Part shown: in pieces, positions 61,247-64,000 of the stretch
How positions within the stretch are numbered: position 1 is the first letter of the stretch
Layout: each line of letters opens with the position of its first letter
Made by a program: the position numbers and the translations under genes
The notes under the pieces: generated by a model
The model's database searches: none
Seen by the model: the letters and a program-made list of their open reading frames with translations, nothing else
What the model was told of the DNA's origin: nothing
Source of the DNA: an uncultured Verrucomicrobiae bacterium
GTDB taxonomy: Bacteria > Verrucomicrobiota > Verrucomicrobiia > Limisphaerales > JAFGQR01
Direction of reading: 5' to 3'
DNA length: 64,000 bases
Assembly (NCBI GenBank): GCA_963788655.1
Contig: CAWBHS010000065.1
Location: 1 to 64,000 of the forward strand

Positions 61247-62233
61247 TCAGCTTTTGCGCCGGTTCATGCGTTGACGGTATTGATCCAAAATCACCGCGGC
61301 AATGATCACAAACCCGGTGACCAGCCGTTTGGTTTCATCCTTGGCCCCAACGGCGGCCAGCCCTGAGTTCAGCACGGCAATGATCAGTACGCCAAAAAAG
61401 GTGCTGACCACCGAACCACGTCCGCCCATCAGGCTGGTTCCGCCGATCACGGCCGCCGCGATGGCCTGCAATTCGAAGCCGTTGCCGGCGTTAGGATTGG
61501 CCGACTGTCCCAGCCGCGCCGTGTCAATGATGGCCCCCAGGGCCACCAGAAATCCACTGATGACAAACACCGTGATCTTGATCGGCCGCGGGTCGATGCC
61601 GGACAGGCGAACGGCTTCTTCATTGGTGCCGATCGCCACCATGTATCGGCCCAGCACCGTGCGCGACAACACCAATTGGCCAGCCACCACCACCCCGATC
61701 GCCAGCAGAAACGGCAGTGACAAACCGAAGACGGAGGTTTCGGTAATCCAGGCAATCGGTGCGCCGACATAGATCGTCCGGGATTGGGTAACGAGATGCG
61801 CTCCACCGCGCGCGATTTCCATCATGCCCAGCGTGACAATGAATGACGGCAATCCCCAGCGGGTCGAGACCCAGCCATTGAAACCGCCGCACGCCAGACC
61901 GGTGGCCAGCGCCGCGACCAGCGCCAGTTCCAACGGCCAGTGCAGGCGCATCAAGCACGCGCCCATCACCGCCCCGCAGAATCCGAGCACCGATCCCACG
62001 GACAAATCAATCCCAGCGATGATCAACACGAAGGTCATCCCCGTGGCCACGAGGACCATCGCGGGAATTTGGTTGGCGATGACCAGGAGATTCCGCGACT
62101 CGGTAAAATGCTGGGTGCTGAGGTTGAACACCACGATCAGCAGCACCAGCGCCCCGATCAGACCGAGATACTCGACGGCCCACCCGAACCATTCGGAGCG
62201 GCGAAGCAGTTTGCGCATGAGATTCATGTTCAT
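61247..62233 (-). CDS. rbsC: Ribose-type ABC transporter permease
   Basis: GMTFVLIIAGIDLSVGS, PSFIVTLG, NEEAVRLSGI, ELQAIAAAVIGGTSL. Confidence 0.9.
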   Translation of the reverse strand: MNMNLMRKLLRRSEWFGWAVEYLGLIGALVLLIVVFNLSTQHFTESRNLLVIANQIPAMVLVATGMTFVLIIAGIDLSVGSVLGFCGAVMGACLMRLHWPLELALVAALATGLACGGFNGWVSTRWGLPSFIVTLGMMEIARGGAHLVTQSRTIYVGAPIAWITETSVFGLSLPFLLAIGVVVAGQLVLSRTVLGRYMVAIGTNEEAVRLSGIDPRPIKITVFVISGFLVALGAIIDTARLGQSANPNAGNGFELQAIAAAVIGGTSLMGGRGSVVSTFFGVLIIAVLNSGLAAVGAKDETKRLVTGFVIIAAVILDQYRQRMNRRKS

Positions 62234-63754
62234 TCGTGGTTGTCTTCTGAACCAATCCGGCTGAGCGCGGCGGCCATGATTTTGTCCTGCGTCCAGTCGC
62301 CGCGGCGAAAGGTCGCCGCCAGGTGTCCGGCCGACATCACGGCGATCCGGTCGCAGAGGGTGAGCAATTCCTTGAGGTCCGAAGACACCATGATGATCGC
62401 CTTGCCTTGTTCGGCCAATTGACCGAGCAACTGGTAAATCTCGAACCGCGCGCCCACGTCGATGCCGCGGGTTGGCTCGTCAAAAATCAGAACGTCGCAA
62501 TTGCGGGACAGCCATTTGGCAATGAGGACTTTTTGCTGGTTGCCCCCGCTCAACTCGTCCACCGGTTGTTCGATGGAATGGCATCGCACCGTCAACGCCC
62601 GTGCCCAGCGCGTCGCCTCACTTTGCTCGAGGAGCGAACGAATCCACGCACCCGCCCGGCTGAGTTGGCGAAGGCAAATCAGGCTGACGTTGGCCCGTAC
62701 CGACAGTGGCAGTAACAAGCCTTCTTCTTTGCGGTTTTCCGGCAGCAACGCGATCCCATGGCGCACCGCGTCGCGCGGCGAGCGAATGGCAAGTGGGGTG
62801 AGCGGACCCGTGAAGATAAACCTCGCCTCCCTCCGCTACGTCCGCTCCGAACAAGGCGCGCATCGTCTCGGTGCGGCCCGCTCCCATCAATCCGGCAAAT
62901 CCCAAAATCTCGCCCCGGTGGACTTCGAAGCTTACGGAACGCACGGCGGTCCCGCGATTGAGGTTCTTGACCCGCAGGGCCACCGGACCAGCTTCCTTGG
63001 TCGGGCGCTGGACGGTTTCCCCCAATTCGCGCCCGACCATCAGCCGAACCACTTCATCCTGGTTACATTCCTTCGCAGCGCGCGTGGCCACCTTATGTCC
63101 GTCGCGCAGCACGCTGACGCGGTCGCTGATGCGCTGGATTTCCTCCAGCCGATGGGAGATGTAGATGATGCCGGTGCCAGCGGCCTGCAAGCGGGCGATT
63201 TGCACAAACAGCCGTTCGATCTCGGGATCGGTCAGCGCCGCGGTGGGTTCATCGAGAATCAGAATATCGCAGCGCTTCGAGATGCCGGCGGCGATCTCGA
63301 CCAATTGCTGTTGGCCAACGCCCAGGGTTTTAACTGGGCGCGATGGATCCAAATCGCCGAGACCAACTTCCGCCAAGACTTGATGCGCTTCGGCGTGCAA
63401 GCGCGGGTAATCAATCCATCCCCAGCGATGGGGCAACCGTTCCACGAACAGGCTCTCGGCCACCGTGAGGTTACCGATGAGATTCAACTCCTGCATCACC
63501 ATCCGGATGCCGTGTTGTTCCGCGTCGGTTTTGTTGCGGGGATGATACGGAGCGCCGATCAGGTGCAGGGTGCCGGCATCGGCGGGTGTTAATCCGGCGA
63601 TGATGCGGGACAAGGTGCTCTTGCCGGCGCCGTTCTCGCCGACCAGGGCGTGGACTTCGCCGCGTTGCAGGTCGAAGTGAACCTGACTCAGCACCGGGGC
63701 CGCGTAGGACTTGCACAGGCCCGTGATGGCCAGCAAAGAAGCGGCTTCGGCCAT
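62230..63754 (-). CDS. rbsA: Ribose-type sugar ABC transporter ATP-binding protein; frameshift near 62790
   Basis: GENGAGKST, ILDEPTA, GLMGAGRTE; second half ENRKEEGL, LSGGNQQK, FDEPTRGIDVGA. Confidence 0.9.
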
Positions 63755-63767
63755 GCGGCGGCAGGCG

Positions 63768-64000
63768 TTAGTTGCTCTCGGGAAGGCGTTGTTTGACGAC
63801 CAAATCCACCGGCGTTTCGCGATCAGCCGGGGCGCTTTGGTTGCGCAACATTTCGAGCGCGTACTCGATGCCATACACCGCCAGGCGGTCGGCATATTGG
63901 TCGGCCGTCGCCAGGACCTTGCCCTCTTTGACCAATTCCCGCACCGCCGCGATGTTGTCGTAGCCCACCACTTTCACCTGCCCGAGTTTGCCGGCGGCTT
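63768..64000 (-). CDS. Sugar ABC transporter substrate-binding protein (C-terminal part, truncated by window end)
   Basis: VVGYDNI, LATADQ, TPVDLV (RbsB-like C-terminus), directly upstream of rbsA. Confidence 0.8.
   Translation of the reverse strand, partial: AAGKLGQVKVVGYDNIAAVRELVKEGKVLATADQYADRLAVYGIEYALEMLRNQSAPADRETPVDLVVKQRLPESN

Noticed and set aside
1..64000. CRISPR array or cas genes
   Set aside because: No regularly spaced 23-47 bp direct repeats with unique spacers were seen, and there are no Cas motifs.

Overview
GC-rich bacterial chromosomal window. The gene content and repeat style suggest the PVC superphylum, most likely Verrucomicrobiota (inference). From left to right it holds: the right part of an IS21-family element with extra genes (ParB-like C-terminus, istA, istB, a DUF3991/TOPRIM primase-like ORF); a C39 peptidase; tRNA-Glu; two secreted proteins; a small-ORF/nucleotidyltransferase pair; fbaB; two prepilin-type paralogs; and tRNA-Gln. 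tRNA-Gln is followed by a ~10 kb defence island: an integrase remnant, type III-like Res, DUF262, an adenine methyltransferase, an uncharacterised two-gene module and a helicase stub. Next come a double-length uvrA, a TMTC-like protein and pilC, then a complete minus-strand prokaryotic ubiquitin-like/proteasome operon (arc-dop-ubact-prcB-prcA-pafA). Its 57-aa UBact gene is missing from the ORF track because of a 1-nt indel. A divergent Fur/PerR-suf operon follows, then gene scars (rtcB, CobW-like, vapC), an SSS transporter, a GH-A-like secreted protein, cbiX, recQ and a ribose-type ABC/rbsK operon. Several palindromic REP/MITE-like repeats occur, some in frame inside genes. Scattered single-base frameshifts, even in housekeeping genes, suggest long-read indel errors, so pseudogene calls are tentative. 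All family assignments come from motif recognition by eye; no searches were run.
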